In this document: in pieces, positions 12,241-24,548 of the stretch | Layout of the letters: every line of letters begins with the position of its first letter | Position numbering within the stretch: the stretch's first letter is position 1 | Origin: Octopus sinensis | Lineage: Eukaryota | Assembly (NCBI RefSeq): GCF_006345805.1 | Contig: NW_021834405.1 | Coordinates: 1 to 64,000, forward strand | Direction of reading: 5' to 3' | DNA length: 64,000 nt | Program-made: the position numbers and the translations under genes | Notes under the pieces: generated by a model | The model's input: the letters and a program-made list of their open reading frames with translations, nothing else | Database searches by the model: none | Told to the model about the DNA's origin: nothing

Positions 12241-13747
12241 AAGACGACGACAGAAACACCTTCAACTTCCAGAATTGGTCCAAAATCACACATTTGTAGA
12301 AAGGTGGAACAATTGATTGAACCTACACCAGCATATAGCTGGTATAAATTCTGTATTGACTCTAGATAAACGTCGAGAAATCAACACTATAACGGCTGAG
12401 CTCGGCTCGTAGAAGAGGAACGGAAAAAAAAATCCTTCAAAATAACATTGATACCGGTTCTCTGGAGTTTCTGCTTTTCTAGATATATCATTGGCTTCTT
12501 TTAAACCAGAGATGAGAGTGCTTTATTTGTAGAATAACAGAAAAATAGTTGTTTAACAGGCTTTCATGTCTTCTCCTAAGGACAATGTTAGAGTGCATCA
12601 GATGAAATAGCTGACCGAAAGCTACCCAGCAACTACAACTGAATAATTAAATATATGTCCAACATGTTTAGGTTATCTTCTGCAGTTTGCTCACAAGCGA
12701 TTACTTGTGTCCCTTGCAGTGAACTACTGAGCCAACAATAAGCCTTGAAAAAAATTAGCAGATTAAATAGGTGAGTATAAAACTGATACTTTATTTAGCG
12801 ATCCGGAAAGGCAAAGTTGATTTCGGTGAGATTTGCAAGAATGTAAGAAACCCGAACAAATTTCTGCAAGGCAGTTTTCTGCCATCCGCCGTCCTATGTT
12901 AAATATAGTATTCACAAATCAGTGAGCATAAGAATAGTAAGAAGGAGGAGATGGTGAGAGATGGTGAATAATAATTCACTCATATGACACATGCACGAAA
13001 ACCAAATCTCCTAAAATTTCGTCTTCCTACTCTATCAAGAATTAATAAGGAAAGTTCGTTTATTAAAAAATACCAGCCACTACTGAACAGGCTATAAAAA
13101 CATGAGTAATACACGATTTGCCTCTTCCTATTAATTAATTATTGTAGAATGTATACTTGGGCTCGTTCTATAGAAAGTCAAAATTAATGTAGCAGCTATC
13201 ATCTATCTTATTTACTCTACATCTCGTTATCTTACTCTTTAGGGGGATTTCAACAAAGCTACAAGAGAGAAGGCATATTTTTGATTGTTGCTAGTGTTTA
13301 ATCCCAGGTGGTCACTGATTGAGCAGATCTCGGATCAAAGATTTTCCAGTGATGATCAGCTGTATCGTATCTACGATTTCACAACACTCTATCTTACACC
13401 TTAAAAATGGAGAGTACTGCCCCTTGGTGGATGGAAGTGGAAAATTTCATGTAGGTACGAAAGAAAAGGACTGATAGTAATAAATGCAGCTTTTAGTTGC
13501 ACTAAATTTTTTAAATGTTTTCAATTATTATTCTTAGTGAGAATCATCTACTAATACAGGTAGTCAAAATGTTGTTCGAAAATCATACTATGCTGATGAA
13601 ATGACTTATGACTAAGTCATCATTTAATGGCGGTCAACGTATCGGCCAATATTTTGTATTGTATTTAATTTTGTTGAACCGTAGCAAAAGAACGTTAAAA
13701 GTGTGTTAATAAAGAAGAGGAATAACAGTTAAAAAGTTTGAAAAGCA

Positions 13748-13980
13748 TGGCGAGCTGGCAGAAACGTTAGCACGCCGGGCGAAATGCGTAGCCGTATTTC
13801 GTCTGCCATTACGTTCTGAGTTCAAATTCCGTCGAGGTCGACTTTGCTCTTCATCCTTTCGGGGTCGATAAATTAAGTACCAGTTACCCACTGGGGTCGA
13901 TGTAATCGACTTAATCCGTTTGACTGTCCTTGTTTGTCCCCTCTGTGTTTAGCCCCTTGTGGGTAGTAAAGAAACAGATA
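13748..13980 (+). mobile_element. Nin-domain SINE family A, near full length
   Basis: Head, Nin core and tail gtttgtcccctctgtgtttagccccttgtgggtagtaaagaaa. Confidence 0.85.
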
Positions 13981-14411
13981 TACAGGCTGTCCTTCGTTGG
14001 CTTGCCTATGTCAAGTTTTGTACAAACGTGTGCGTGTGCATGCATGCGCGCGCGCGCGCGCGCGTGTGTGTGTGTACATACATAGTAGTAATTATCTGAA
14101 CCTCATTCTTTTTTCTTTTAATTTAGTCACCCTTGTAATTAATAATATTCACCTCCTGCTTGAGCAGATACTAAAGGTAGCCAAAGTATTTACAATTCAT
14201 ATAACGCGTTTAAATTTACAGAACAAACTGCTATATATTTAATGAACCAAGGTCAACATTTGAGCTCAGCAAGGAAACGAAACTAACAAGATTACTAGCA
14301 TTTAGCCCGATGTCTCACACTTTGTACCGATTTGCTATTCCTTTAAAGTTTACAAACTTTATGGTAGCAGATAGGGAATGAGATTGCATGGTAGATAGTC
14401 ATGTCTTTCTC

Positions 14412-14930
14412 AGGCGTGGTTGTATGGTTAGAAGCTTGCTTCGCAACCACATGGTTCCGGGTTCAGTCCCACTATGTGGAACCTTGGTCCAGTGTCGTCA
14501 ACTATAGTCTCGGGTTGACCAGAGCCTTGTGAGTGTCTGTGTTTGTCCCCACCATCGTTTGACAAAGCCTTCTGAATGGATTTGGTAAACTGAAAGAAGC
14601 CGCTCGGAGGCGGCCGTATATCGTAGCAATTGCGACGACGCGACGAATGCACGGTGCCAAGTGGGCCACTTTTGGTAAGCAGAACTGGTGATGTGGGATG
14701 TGTGCGTGTATCTACGTGTGTGTATCTTTGTATCCGTGTCTGTTCCGCTATCACCGCTTGACAACTGGTGCTGGTGTGTTTACGTTGCCGTAACTTAGCG
14801 GTTCGGCTAAAACGACTGACAGAATATGTACTAGGCTTTAAAAAGTCCTGGAGTCGATTTGTTCGACTAAAACCCTCCAAGGCGGTGCCGTTGCGTGGCC
14901 GCAGTCAAAATGACTGAAACAAGTAAAAGA
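14412..14930 (+). mobile_element. tRNA/CORE-type SINE family B with internal rearrangement
   Basis: Head ggcgtggttgtatggttagaagcttgc..ggttcagtccc, CORE-like ccttgg..agtgtc, tail ggccgcagtcaaaatgactgaaacaagtaaaaga. Confidence 0.8.
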
Positions 14931-15699
14931 TCTACGCAAGATGATTGAATACGCTCCCAGTTGGAGTGGAAATCGATTCTTCAGCTCTGCAAAACAGTAT
15001 TTTATCTAATCTCATCTTTTGTTCCTCACTCGCAGAGGAATGAAAGAATAACAATATCTGTTTTATTACAATATACAACACCAATGTAAATATAGTTCAC
15101 ATTTTTATGTTAATGACGAAAAAACAAGACAAATTTAGAGCTGTTACCGCATCCCCCAACACACCTAAAAGTTATGTACTTAACAACGTACATACGACAC
15201 AGACATTTCACATGTAAATACCTAAATGTACCGACAAGCTTGTTACTTCGTTACTTACAAAATATAGCACTTGGGTTTCCTTGTTAGCTAGGGTCAATTA
15301 CATGCAAACATGACAGGCAGTAAGGAGCGAAAACTAACTCTACTGTTCGGGGGCTTCTTTTTTTTGAACGTGTGTTTGCAGATTGTTATTTTATTTAATT
15401 ATTTATTCGTTTTCGTTTTACTAAAACTGTACTCGAGTGACACCAAACACGCCAGCTTTGTTAACCTATCTCGGTTTGCTGTTTTTGTCTGCTCCGGAAC
15501 TGACTATGAGTCTATGTCTTGTGGAGTCGCGCGTGCAAGCTTGTGGGCACGAGCACACAAATACACGAACGCAAATAACCCACATACCTGGAGACGCGCG
15601 CTCTCACATTTGGGTGGACACATAGATAAATATATGTAAATATATTCAACTACCTATATTCATAAGTGCATGTACATATATATATATATATTATATATA

Positions 15700-15730
<31 letters not shown>

Positions 15731-15745
15731 ATATATTATATATTA

Positions 15746-15862
<117 letters not shown>

Positions 15863-15938
15863 GTGTATATATATATATATACACATACATATATATATAT
15901 ACACATACATACATATATATATATATATACATATATAT

Positions 15939-15973
<35 letters not shown>

Positions 15974-16169
15974 TATGTTTAGATATAACTACCTACTCAC
16001 AAGTACAAGTATAGGTACTTGAATATATGTAAATATATTCAACTACCTATATTTATACGTGCATGTACATATATACTATATTATTAATATACTATATATT
16101 AATATATACATGTATATATATTATATATATTAATATATACATGTATATATATATATTATATATTATATA

Positions 16170-16210
<41 letters not shown>

Positions 16211-16399
16211 ATATATATATTATATATATATAGATATATTATATATATATATATTTGCGCATGTGTGTCTGTATGCATTTGTGTACGTGTGTATGCGTGC
16301 GTGTGAACAACAAAAGGTATTACGGTCGCTGTTAATGCAACTACCGTAACATACTCGGCAAGGTGAATACAAAGAGAGAAAGAAAAAAACACCATGTAT

Positions 16400-16452
<53 letters not shown>

Positions 16453-16748
16453 TATCATGAACTCAAAGACCCCAATATACATAAATATTACGTTAGGTGC
16501 AATACGTGCGATGTCTCTCTTGTTTTGCTCTATATATATCTGTGTGTGTGTATGTGTGTATGTGTGTATTTTTTAATCGGCAGAAGTTACAGACATTACT
16601 GAAGGACCGTGAGTGTCGTACGTTGGCACTAACCGAACTGGTTTCAAATTGGCGGGCTTACATTTACCGTCAAAATATTACCATATATACATATACATCA
16701 TAGACATATAATATAATTATATATATAGTGTATATTTACATATATACA

Positions 16749-16832
<84 letters not shown>

Positions 16833-16968
16833 TCAAAATAAGCAACAAGGATATCCAACGTAGAGCTCGACATTTTAAAACTGATGTAATACTTAAGGTG
16901 TTTAATAAAATGAAGTAGCATGAAACAATTGTACTACACTACCTTGGATATCCTTGTTGGTATTATTT

Positions 16969-16971
<3 letters not shown>
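16833..16971. mobile_element. Small inverted-repeat element embedded in (TA)n
   Basis: Termini tcaaaataagcaacaaggatatccaa / ttggatatccttgttggtattattttga are imperfect reverse complements. Confidence 0.55.
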
Positions 16972-17018
<47 letters not shown>

Positions 17019-17620
17019 TCGTGCAAAGATAAGCAGATTAAGAGATAAGATGGACATGTTCATAGAAAGGAAATATAGATAAGATTTGAAATTATGTGGA
17101 CAACTAATTAGAAAGAATGTAAAAAATTATGAAAAAGACCGCCACTAGAATTATGGTTTGTTATGAGCTTAATTAGAATTGAAATGAAATAAAATCATTA
17201 ATGAAGAGAAAAGATTTGTTATGCAAGGAAAAAAACTATGCAATAAATACTAAAATGCTGACGACATTTCATATAAAATATGGAATCATTGGGGACAAAA
17301 CACGAAATTGTGTAATTAGTAATTTTCTCTTTGAGACCTCCAGATGAATTTGGTGAATGCTCGAAACTTTCTTTTTATAATTAGATGAATGTATATATAG
17401 CTATTACCTCGCATTGTTTTGACTTTTAAGATGAAGTTACCCCACTGGCTGGGTGGGCAGGCCATTTATTACCTCTTTAGTTTAGCTAGCAGCCAACGTG
17501 CTCGCTTCCGCAAAGTAGTCCTTTTGTAGCTTGGTTGACAAGATATACAGCCCGATACCATAGCCATGGAACAACCAATGCAACTGCTGTACAACTATGA
17601 GGTACTGTTGTAGGTCTCCG

Positions 17621-17658
<38 letters not shown>

Positions 17659-17659
<1 letters not shown>

Positions 17660-18285
17660 TCCAGCGTGTTTCGAAGGTGAGGACAGAACACGACTCGTCG
17701 AACTAGTCCTTCCTGCGAAAGAATTAAATAAAATTCCTTTGCAGAGGGGTAAAAACAAGGAAAAAAATGTGACAAAAACAGGACGTAAAAACAATACAAT
17801 TAAACACAAATACAAAATAAAAATACAATTACAAAAAATTCAAGTAAACATGTTTCTTCCTGCGCTCGTGAAAAACTTTTTTCCTCGTCTAGGCTTATAG
17901 GCCTTCATTGTTTGTTTTCCTGTCCTGTTTTTATTCCTTCTTGTACTGAATTTTTTGTAATTGTATTTTTATTTTGTATTTGTGTTTAATTGTATTGTTT
18001 TTACGTCCTGTTTTTGTCACATTTTTTTCCTTGTTTTTACCCCTCTGCAAAGGAATTTTATTTAATTCTTTCGCAGGAAGGATTAGTTCGACGAGTCGTG
18101 TTCTGTCCTCACCTTCGAAACACGCTGGATTTGAACTAGGGACAGCTGATGAAGGGGATTTTCCTTGTGTAGTTGTCTTGTACTCTGGTTTTTCGTTGTT
18201 GAAAAAAATTGTCCGTTCCATGCTTGTTTTTACTTTTTCGTTTCTCGTTGAGTTCTACGTCTATTTGTGGTGTCCTGTACTCACG
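17659..18285. mobile_element. Penelope-like terminal repeat with inverted partial copy, family P3
   Basis: About 17659-17842 is a near-perfect reverse complement of about 17947-18130; flanked by TA-rich microsatellite; right copy continues into a CTGATGA-containing segment. Confidence 0.65.
18097..18157 (+). ncRNA. Candidate non-circularly permuted (rearranged) hammerhead ribozyme
   Basis: CGUGU-U-CUGUCC (18097-18108), CCUUC-GAAA-CACG (18112-18124), GGACAG-CUGAUGA-AGGGG (18140-18157); stem III 5 bp and stem I 6 bp in exact register with a canonical core. Confidence 0.6.
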
Positions 18286-18485
18286 TATATATATTTATAT
18301 ATGCATGTATATATACATGTAGATGTAGGTACGTATATATATGTTTGTATGTATGCATATATTTTATTTATTACACTATTGTATGACTGAGCGCCCTCGC
18401 GTCGATTCGATTCAATTCGTTTCGTTTCGTTTCGTTTCTTCTTCTTCTCTAAGCTGGTTTATATATATATATATATATATATATA

Positions 18486-18654
18486 GGGAGATTTTACGAA
18501 AAAAACAAAAGACGAAGACAGGTGGTGTAGAAAACAAACAGATGTATTAGTATAATGTCCAGGAATAGAAAAACTCTTTTACGTTTCGAGCCTACGCTCT
18601 TCTGCAGAAAGGGACGCAGAAAAAACAAGGAGAGAGAAAAAATGTGTGTAGTGG

Positions 18655-18656
<2 letters not shown>
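18486..18656 (-). mobile_element. Penelope-like terminal repeat P1 with minimal hammerhead (18576-18611, core CUGCAGA)
   Basis: Reverse complement of 7828-8020; minus strand reads CUUU-CUGCAGA-A-GAGC-guag-GCUC-GAA-ACGU-A-AAAG. Confidence 0.65.
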
Positions 18657-18689
<33 letters not shown>

Positions 18690-19004
18690 GAGAGAGAGAG
18701 AGAGAGAGAGATTGATAGATATAGATATATATGTATATGTATATGTATGTATGTATACTATATTGTACTGTATTGTATTATATACATATATTGACAGGGA
18801 TATAGAATGATAGATATAGAGATACTCACAGACGCATACAGACACACAGTCATATACAGATTTGCCATGTATTTTGTTTATATTTGTTGAGTAAAACTGT
18901 TTCAATGTTCAATGCATGAATCAAATGGAAGAGAGGTATGTACAAATCTAAACCTATGTGTTCCTACACGAATATAAAGATACAGTGAAGGCGATTTATT
19001 AAAA

Positions 19005-19035
<31 letters not shown>

Positions 19036-19038
19036 CTA

Positions 19039-19079
<41 letters not shown>

Positions 19080-19233
19080 TATATATATATTAATATAGAT
19101 ATATAATATATATAATAAATATATATTATATATATTTATATACATAATACATATGTATACTACTATATATTTTTATACATACATACAGATACTATATACA
19201 CGCACACACACATACACACACGCGCACACACAT

Positions 19234-19274
<41 letters not shown>

Positions 19275-19669
19275 CATACACATATGAACATTGTATATAA
19301 TATATTACATATAAAATATACGTATCCTTACATCTGCGTATGTCTGTGATCAGTGTAGCGTGATATCTTTATACGATATCAATTGAGATTATTTATATTT
19401 TCATTATGTGTCCCGTTAAATCAATATCGACACAATTGTCTAATATATACACATGTAATATTATACATTGAGATATAAAGAAGAAAGTAACATATTCAAC
19501 TTGTAATAGAAAGAAACATGAATCATATTCTCATAGACCTCCCCCACTCTCACTCTCACCGTCTCCCTTTCTGTCTTTCAATAAAATTATTTTTCATTTA
19601 CTTTCATTTTCTCATTTCCCGCGAAATGATTTTCTGCCATATACTTACTCGTTCTAGAACATTTTAATC

Positions 19670-20262
<593 letters not shown>

Positions 20263-20672
20263 GTATCTACTTTTCTCTCTCCCACACATAACATGTATGT
20301 GTATTCGCGTGCATATGTATTTTTATTTCGTGTAGATGCAAATAGTTCATACACACAGGCGCATAACGCATATTGTCTGTAAGCTTACATGTGTGTTTAC
20401 ACGTGCGTGCGTGTGTGTGAGTGAGTGTGTGTGCGTGTGTGTGTGCTTGCCAATGTGTTTATGTGTATTTACTGCATAATTCCGTTCGTGTAATCAAATA
20501 TGGATACACATAAACGTACACGTCTGTCTGTTTGTATGTCTATCTGTCTATCTATGTATCTATCACACACACACATGTGTATAATAGTACTTATAGAATT
20601 GGATAGTAAGTTGGTATGGGGAGAAATAGTATTCAAATTGAAGATATTACGGTATCGTAGTTTTGTGGTATA

Positions 20673-21005
20673 TGATTGATTGATTGATTGATTCTAGTTT
20701 CAGCTTATGAGCTGTGGCCATGCTGGGGCACCGCCATTTGGTGTTGCTACTTGGTTTCACTTCATGGAGGCTTTCTAGCAACTGCTATTTGGTGCATGAG
20801 AGAGTTCGATGCAGCTGCCCTCATCTGCCCCTCCTGCCGTGAAGTTGGTTCATCTGGGACACCTGACAGGAAGAGATCCAGCTTCATTTTAAAGACATCT
20901 GTATCCACCCCATGCAGGTCTCTCAGGTTCTTCGGGAGGATATTGAAGAGCTGTGGGCCTCGGAAGCCCAGGCTATCACAGAATCTTGTCCTACATCTTG
21001 ATGTT
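20673..21005 (-). mobile_element. CR1/L2-group LINE 3' fragment
   Basis: Minus strand encodes RTRFCDSLGFRGPQLFNILPKNLRDLHGVDTDVFKMKLDLFLSGVPDEP, typical CR1-group RT C-terminus; stem-loop tail and (aatc)n end. Confidence 0.8.
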
Positions 21006-21109
21006 TTATGAACGTAAAATATTCTGGTTTTTGAACACTTATCTTAGACACGCACGCACGAGTAATAGGCGTCCGCTGTCGGGCCTAACTGTGGCTATAC
21101 AACATCAAT

Positions 21110-21530
21110 AATCCTTTTTACTGTAGACACAAACCTTTAGGTATTGGAGGCAGGTAGCTAAACAATTACATCAACTCAAGTATTCGACCCCGAAATTATG
21201 AAAGGCAAAGTTGATATTGGCGGTATTTTAACTCAGAATGCAAAGCCCGAGGAAATACCTATTTCTTTACTACCCACAAGGGGCTAAACACAGAGAGGAC
21301 AAACAAAGACAGACAAACAGATTAAGTTGATTATATCGACCCCAGTGCGTAACTGGTACTTATTTAATCGACCCCGAAAGGATGAAAGGCAAAGTCGACC
21401 TCGGAGGAATTTGAACTCTGAACGTAACGGCAGACGAAAAACGGCTACGCATTTCGCCCGGTGTGCTAACGTTTCTGTTAGCTTGCCGCCTTAAGCCCGA
21501 GGAAATACCACTAAGCATTTTATCCGGCCA
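21110..21530 (-). mobile_element. Nested Nin-SINEs: younger copy 21260-21492 inside an older copy
   Basis: 17-bp TSD aagcccgaggaaatacc at 21243-21259 and 21493-21509. Confidence 0.85.
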
Positions 21531-21753
21531 CAATAACAACTATACTAGCTTCAAAAAAGAAAAAAAAAAGAAAAATAGCATTGACTCAGTCCAGCTGATC
21601 AAGAGAGTCTTAGAGCGCCATCTGTTAACAATGACGTCAGACCATTGAATAGAATGCATCGTAGTTTTTTCTCCGGATCAGTTCACTTGGCGTTCAAATC
21701 CTACCAAACTCAATTTTTGTCCTTCATCCCTTCGGGCTATCGACACACACACA

Positions 21754-21796
<43 letters not shown>

Positions 21797-21853
21797 CACG
21801 TATGTATAATACCAGTAAAGTACTGGGATCGATTTCTCTCTCCGCATGTGTGT

Positions 21854-21884
<31 letters not shown>

Positions 21885-22260
21885 CGTGCGTGTGTTTGTG
21901 TGGGTGTGTGTGTGAAGTGGCTTCGTTGCACTGAGAGAAAGATTAAGGGATTACTCATAGTGCCACTTTTTCCAGGTAATGGAGAATGTTGAATGATGGG
22001 ATAGCAAATCCTTCGGATAATACAGTTCGGATAAATTCTTTGGAAATATGATGGTAAGAAAAGATTTGATCATACGCTTGCCAGCCATATACTAAGTGAA
22101 CATATACTGAGATTCAAAGCAGCGAAATAATAGAACCTATTCCCATACAGAAGAACACCAACGCAAACGAGTTATGACGGAAACTTTTTCTATTAAAAAC
22201 ACGAAATACGAATAGTTGTTTCTTTTTGCCGCAATATGACCGCCATTTCTCAGCCGCTTC

Positions 22261-22420
<160 letters not shown>

Positions 22421-22629
22421 GACTCATGCTTTATCTATCGACACCTCAGAGAATGAAAGGCGAAGTACACCCCCGCGAAATTTGAATTCCGAACGAAGAG
22501 AAGCAGTTCTATCCAACTCTGTTAATTCGTTACCAACCTAATGCTAATACTGATCATTAGATGAAGTCCATGTAAGCGGTGGAAGAGCGCAATGAATTAA
22601 ATTAACCCTAATATATAAATTGGTATTGT

Positions 22630-22880
22630 GGAGGCGCAATGGCCCAGTGGTTAGGGGCAGTGGACTCGCGGTCGTAGGATCGCGGTTTCGATTCCCAGGC
22701 CGGGCGTTGTGACTGTTTATTGAGCGAAAACACTTAAAAGCCACAACTTTTACTCTTTCTTCTGTTGGTCTGATCGCTCAGCCAGCGGGGTGGCGTCATT
22801 TGAAGGCTAAAACAATGCGAAGCGCATTGTGAACAGCGATGTGTAGCAACATCTGATAGCCTGGTCGATCACGGTGATAT
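22630..22880 (+). mobile_element. SINE family C, tail type ii (internally deleted)
   Basis: tRNA head as at 11869; tail matches 55690-55820. Confidence 0.8.
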
Positions 22881-23173
22881 AAATTGGTATTAGTTCAGTT
22901 GGCTTCGGAAGGTTGAAAAGCCACATCGACCTCGGCTTGTTTTGAACTTGAGTAAATGCTGAAACAGTATTCTTTTTTAACTCTCCTTGTTTGTTTGTTT
23001 TTTTTTCCCGGGGCACAGGGTCACTAATGCTGGAATAGGGGAGAGTATGACTGATTAAAAATATTAACTTGTACTTATTTTATCGAGCCCCTCAAGAGGA
23101 TGAAATACAGAGTCAATTCCGGTAAGATTTGAACTCAAAATAAATGCGATACTTCAGCATAGTGTTAAACTGT

Positions 23174-23340
23174 GATCATCATCATCATCGTTTAACGTCC
23201 GCTTTCCATGCTAGCATGGGTTGGACGATTTTGACTGAGGGCTGGCAAACCAGATGGCTGCACCAGGCTCCAGTCTTGATCTGGCAGAGTTTCTACAGCA
23301 GGATGCCCTTCCTAACGCCAACCACTCCGAGAGTGTAGTG
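23174..23340 (-). mobile_element. RTE-related SINE or non-autonomous element 3' fragment
   Basis: Minus strand ggttggcgttaggaagggcatcc..gtagaaac and terminal ggacgttaaacgatgatgatg. Confidence 0.6.
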
Positions 23341-23592
23341 ATGATGATGATGTAATCAAATATTATCATTACCTTTTCCCTGTGTATAACGCAATTAAGC
23401 ATTATAATAATTTCCCAGCGTTGATAACACTATTTTTTTTCCTTTAAAGCAACTCTCAAAAATTCACCATGCGTCGTAGAGGATGAAGAACGTGTCCTCA
23501 TGTCATATTTAATCCAAGAGGAGGATTATCTACATAAAACTCACTGCATCTTTGTAATGTATAAAGTAAAAGAAAATAAATTGTATCAACAT

Positions 23593-24272
23593 TATTAAAC
23601 ATCTTGGTAAGGCGGCGAGTTGGTAGAATTATCAGCGAGCCGGACTAAATGTTTAGCAGCATTTCGTCCGTCTTTACGTACTGATTTCAAATTCACCGTG
23701 GTCGACTTTGCCTTTTCGGAGTCGATAAAATAAGTACCAGTTGTAACCGTTTGTCCCCTCCCACAAATTTGCTGACCTTGTGCCAAAATTTGAAATCATT
23801 ATTAAACATATTGGTAAGGTGGCGAGCTGGCAGAAACGTTAGCCCGACGGGCGAAATGCTTAGCGGTATTTCGTCTGAGTTCAAATTCCGCCGTGGTCGA
23901 CTTTACCTTTCATCCTTTCGGGGTCGATAAAGTACCAGTTTCTCACTGGGGTCGATGTATCGACTTAATCCCTTTGTCTGTCTCTGTTTCTCCCCTCTAT
24001 GTTTAGCCCCTTGTGGGCAATAAAGAAATATACATATTGGTAAGGCGGTGAGCTGGCAGAATCTTTATCGCGCCGGACGAAATGTGCTGAGAAAATTCTC
24101 AGCACATTCTGAGTTCGGATTCTGCTGAGGTCGATTTTACCTTTCATCATTTCGGGGGTCGATGAAATAAATACCAGCTGAGCACAGGGGTCAATGTAAT
24201 CGACTGTCTCACTCCTCCCAAATTGCTGACCTTGTGCTTACAAAGGAAAAGAATATTAAACATCCTGGTAAT
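23593..24272 (+). mobile_element. Three head-to-tail Nin-SINE copies separated by a repeated target sequence
   Basis: SINE heads near 23611, 23818 and 24044; acat(c/a)(t/c)tggtaa occurs before each copy and after the last. Confidence 0.8.
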
Positions 24273-24293
24273 GCATGGGAAGGTGTTCTAAAG

Positions 24294-24548
24294 CAGAGGA
24301 TCTCCAGCATCTTTTGCCTTTGGGCCCCTTTGATTCTTATTTTACACTGGTGGATCCTAATAAACATTCAATGGTTTTAAGAGTACCCTTATATTTTTAT
24401 AATTGAATATTATTAGGAACTGTATAATAAAATATGTTGAAATATTTTCTGTATTGGAGAAGTATAACCAACTTATTGCACATCAGTTTTGGCAGTAAAA
24501 TTTTATTTGAACCCCAAGGGCCGCATGGACCATGATTGAGATCTATAG
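24294..24548. mobile_element. hAT/Charlie-like MITE relic
   Basis: 8-bp TSD ttctaaag/ctctaaag; degenerate termini cagaggatctccagc / gattgagatctatag; related fragment on the opposite strand at about 25965-26190. Confidence 0.5.

Noticed and set aside
21613-21630. CTCF-like site gcgccatctgtt (also about 10346)
   Set aside because: Only partial motif matches with no independent support
22630-22705. tRNA gene
   Set aside because: tRNA-like head continues into a SINE body found in five copies; no clean acceptor stem or terminator
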